NCBI GenBank assembly: GCA_017499595.2
Contig: CM039007.1
Span: 1,054,001-1,118,000, forward strand
Direction: 5' to 3'
Origin: Psilocybe cubensis
Taxonomy: Eukaryota
DNA length: 64,000 nt
Part shown: positions 62,903 to 64,000 of the stretch, in pieces
How positions within the stretch are numbered: the stretch's first letter is position 1
Layout: each line of letters begins with the position of its first letter
The notes under the pieces: generated by a model
The model's database searches: none
What the model was told of the DNA's origin: nothing
Seen by the model: only the letters and a program-made list of their open reading frames with translations
Translations under genes and position numbers: made by a program

Positions 62903-64000
62903 TACGGCGTGTCAACTTCGCAAGTATAATCAAACCGCGCTACCTTCGGTTACACACTCATTGTACGTCAAACTTAGTGTCTAAGGCGTTATTCCAAATG
63001 TGTGACATATCAAGTGCACTTGTATCATCGAACCGGGCAAATAGAAAAATAAGTGCACTCAAGTGCACGCAAGTGCATGCAAGTGCAATGCAAGTGCAAC
63101 TCTGCACTTGCATCGCGCGTGACAGTGTGTGAATATGTCACAATTATTTCCTCGGGACAAAGGTGCCGGTGCATGCCGAGTGAGGAGAACATGCCATGTT
63201 TTGCTCGTACAACTGAGGTCTGAGGCAAATAAACAATTTTGGCTTCTAGCATGAGTTTTGAATATTACCTCTGTTAGACTATTTATTCTAAAATTTGCTT
63301 CAGACAGTTTGTGCGCCATTTTCTGGCACATTTCACTGCCAGGGATGTGTTGTCACGGACTTGTGATCTGTCGTCACAAGAACCAATGAACTCGTTGTAA
63401 ATACACCTTCTGCCTTGGAGTATGGGAAAATAAAACATAAAACTTATATATTTCGGTCTGTGTGGTATACCCATTCTCCCGAATAGTGTTTTTTACTCTC
63501 TCTGGGCACCTTGGGGCGAAATAAATCAAAAATAAGTTTGAATATTCTCTCTACAATGATGAGGTACTACATCAAGCAAAACAATGTCTGCCTGCTAAAA
63601 CTTCCGCTATTCGGATTAAGAAATCGGGTAACATTAAAAATTATGCTTATAGCTGGGGATTCTGCTGGCAATTATACAATAATTGACTCGTCTCCGATAA
63701 CCTTCTAATTTATGTCACATTTATGTCACATGCACTGCACTTGCACTGCACTGCACTTGCGTGCACTTGCACTGCACTCGCGTGCACTCACGTGCACTTG
63801 CGCGCACTTTCATGCACTCGCACTGCACTTGCATGCACTCGCATTGCACTTGCATTGCACTTGCGTGCACTTGCGTGCACTTGCACTGCACTTGCACACA
63901 CTTACATTGCACTTGAATGCACTTATGTTTACTTCATAGTACTCGAGTGTCACCGTGCCTATGGAAGGCTTTTTGGGGGTTGACGCTTGACATGTCTAGA
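62900..64000. mobile_element. CACTA-like non-autonomous / foldback element with inverted subterminal repeat arrays
   Basis: Starts CACTACGGCGTGTCAAC at the break in the duplication. An (aagtgca)n array at about 63010-63110 faces an inverted (tgcactt)n array at about 63730-63925. The window end ttgacatgtctag resembles a decayed reverse complement of the left end. No transposase. Confidence 0.6.

Noticed and set aside
63010-63983. His/Cys/Leu-rich ORFs and a CRISPR-like repeat appearance
   Set aside because: The ORFs are translations of heptamer repeats. There are no unique spacers, and the genome is eukaryotic.

Overview
Eukaryotic, intron-rich DNA from an agaricomycete fungus, inferred from the short GT-AG introns and the gene families present. 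The core of the window (about 17-46.5 kb) is a B (pheromone/receptor) mating-type locus. It holds five STE3-like GPCR genes and six CaaX lipopeptide pheromone precursor genes; two of the pheromones (30630-30767 and 46196-46321) are too short for the supplied ORF track. A tandem array of three F-box/LRR-like genes sits inside the locus, one of them frameshifted. The left flank carries an intact, intron-containing rvt-type cellular reverse-transcriptase gene, a fourth F-box paralog, a conserved membrane protein, a GMC oxidoreductase and a stand-alone adenylation-domain gene bracketed by diverged direct repeats. The right flank carries an RG-rich hypothetical gene, an ACS-family MFS transporter, a conserved hypothetical gene, tRNA-Glu(CTC) with a 7-nt intron, a cyclophilin fragment and a type-B carboxylesterase. 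The esterase upstream region is duplicated downstream and cut by a CACTA-like non-autonomous element. Exon boundaries were read by eye and no database searches were run.
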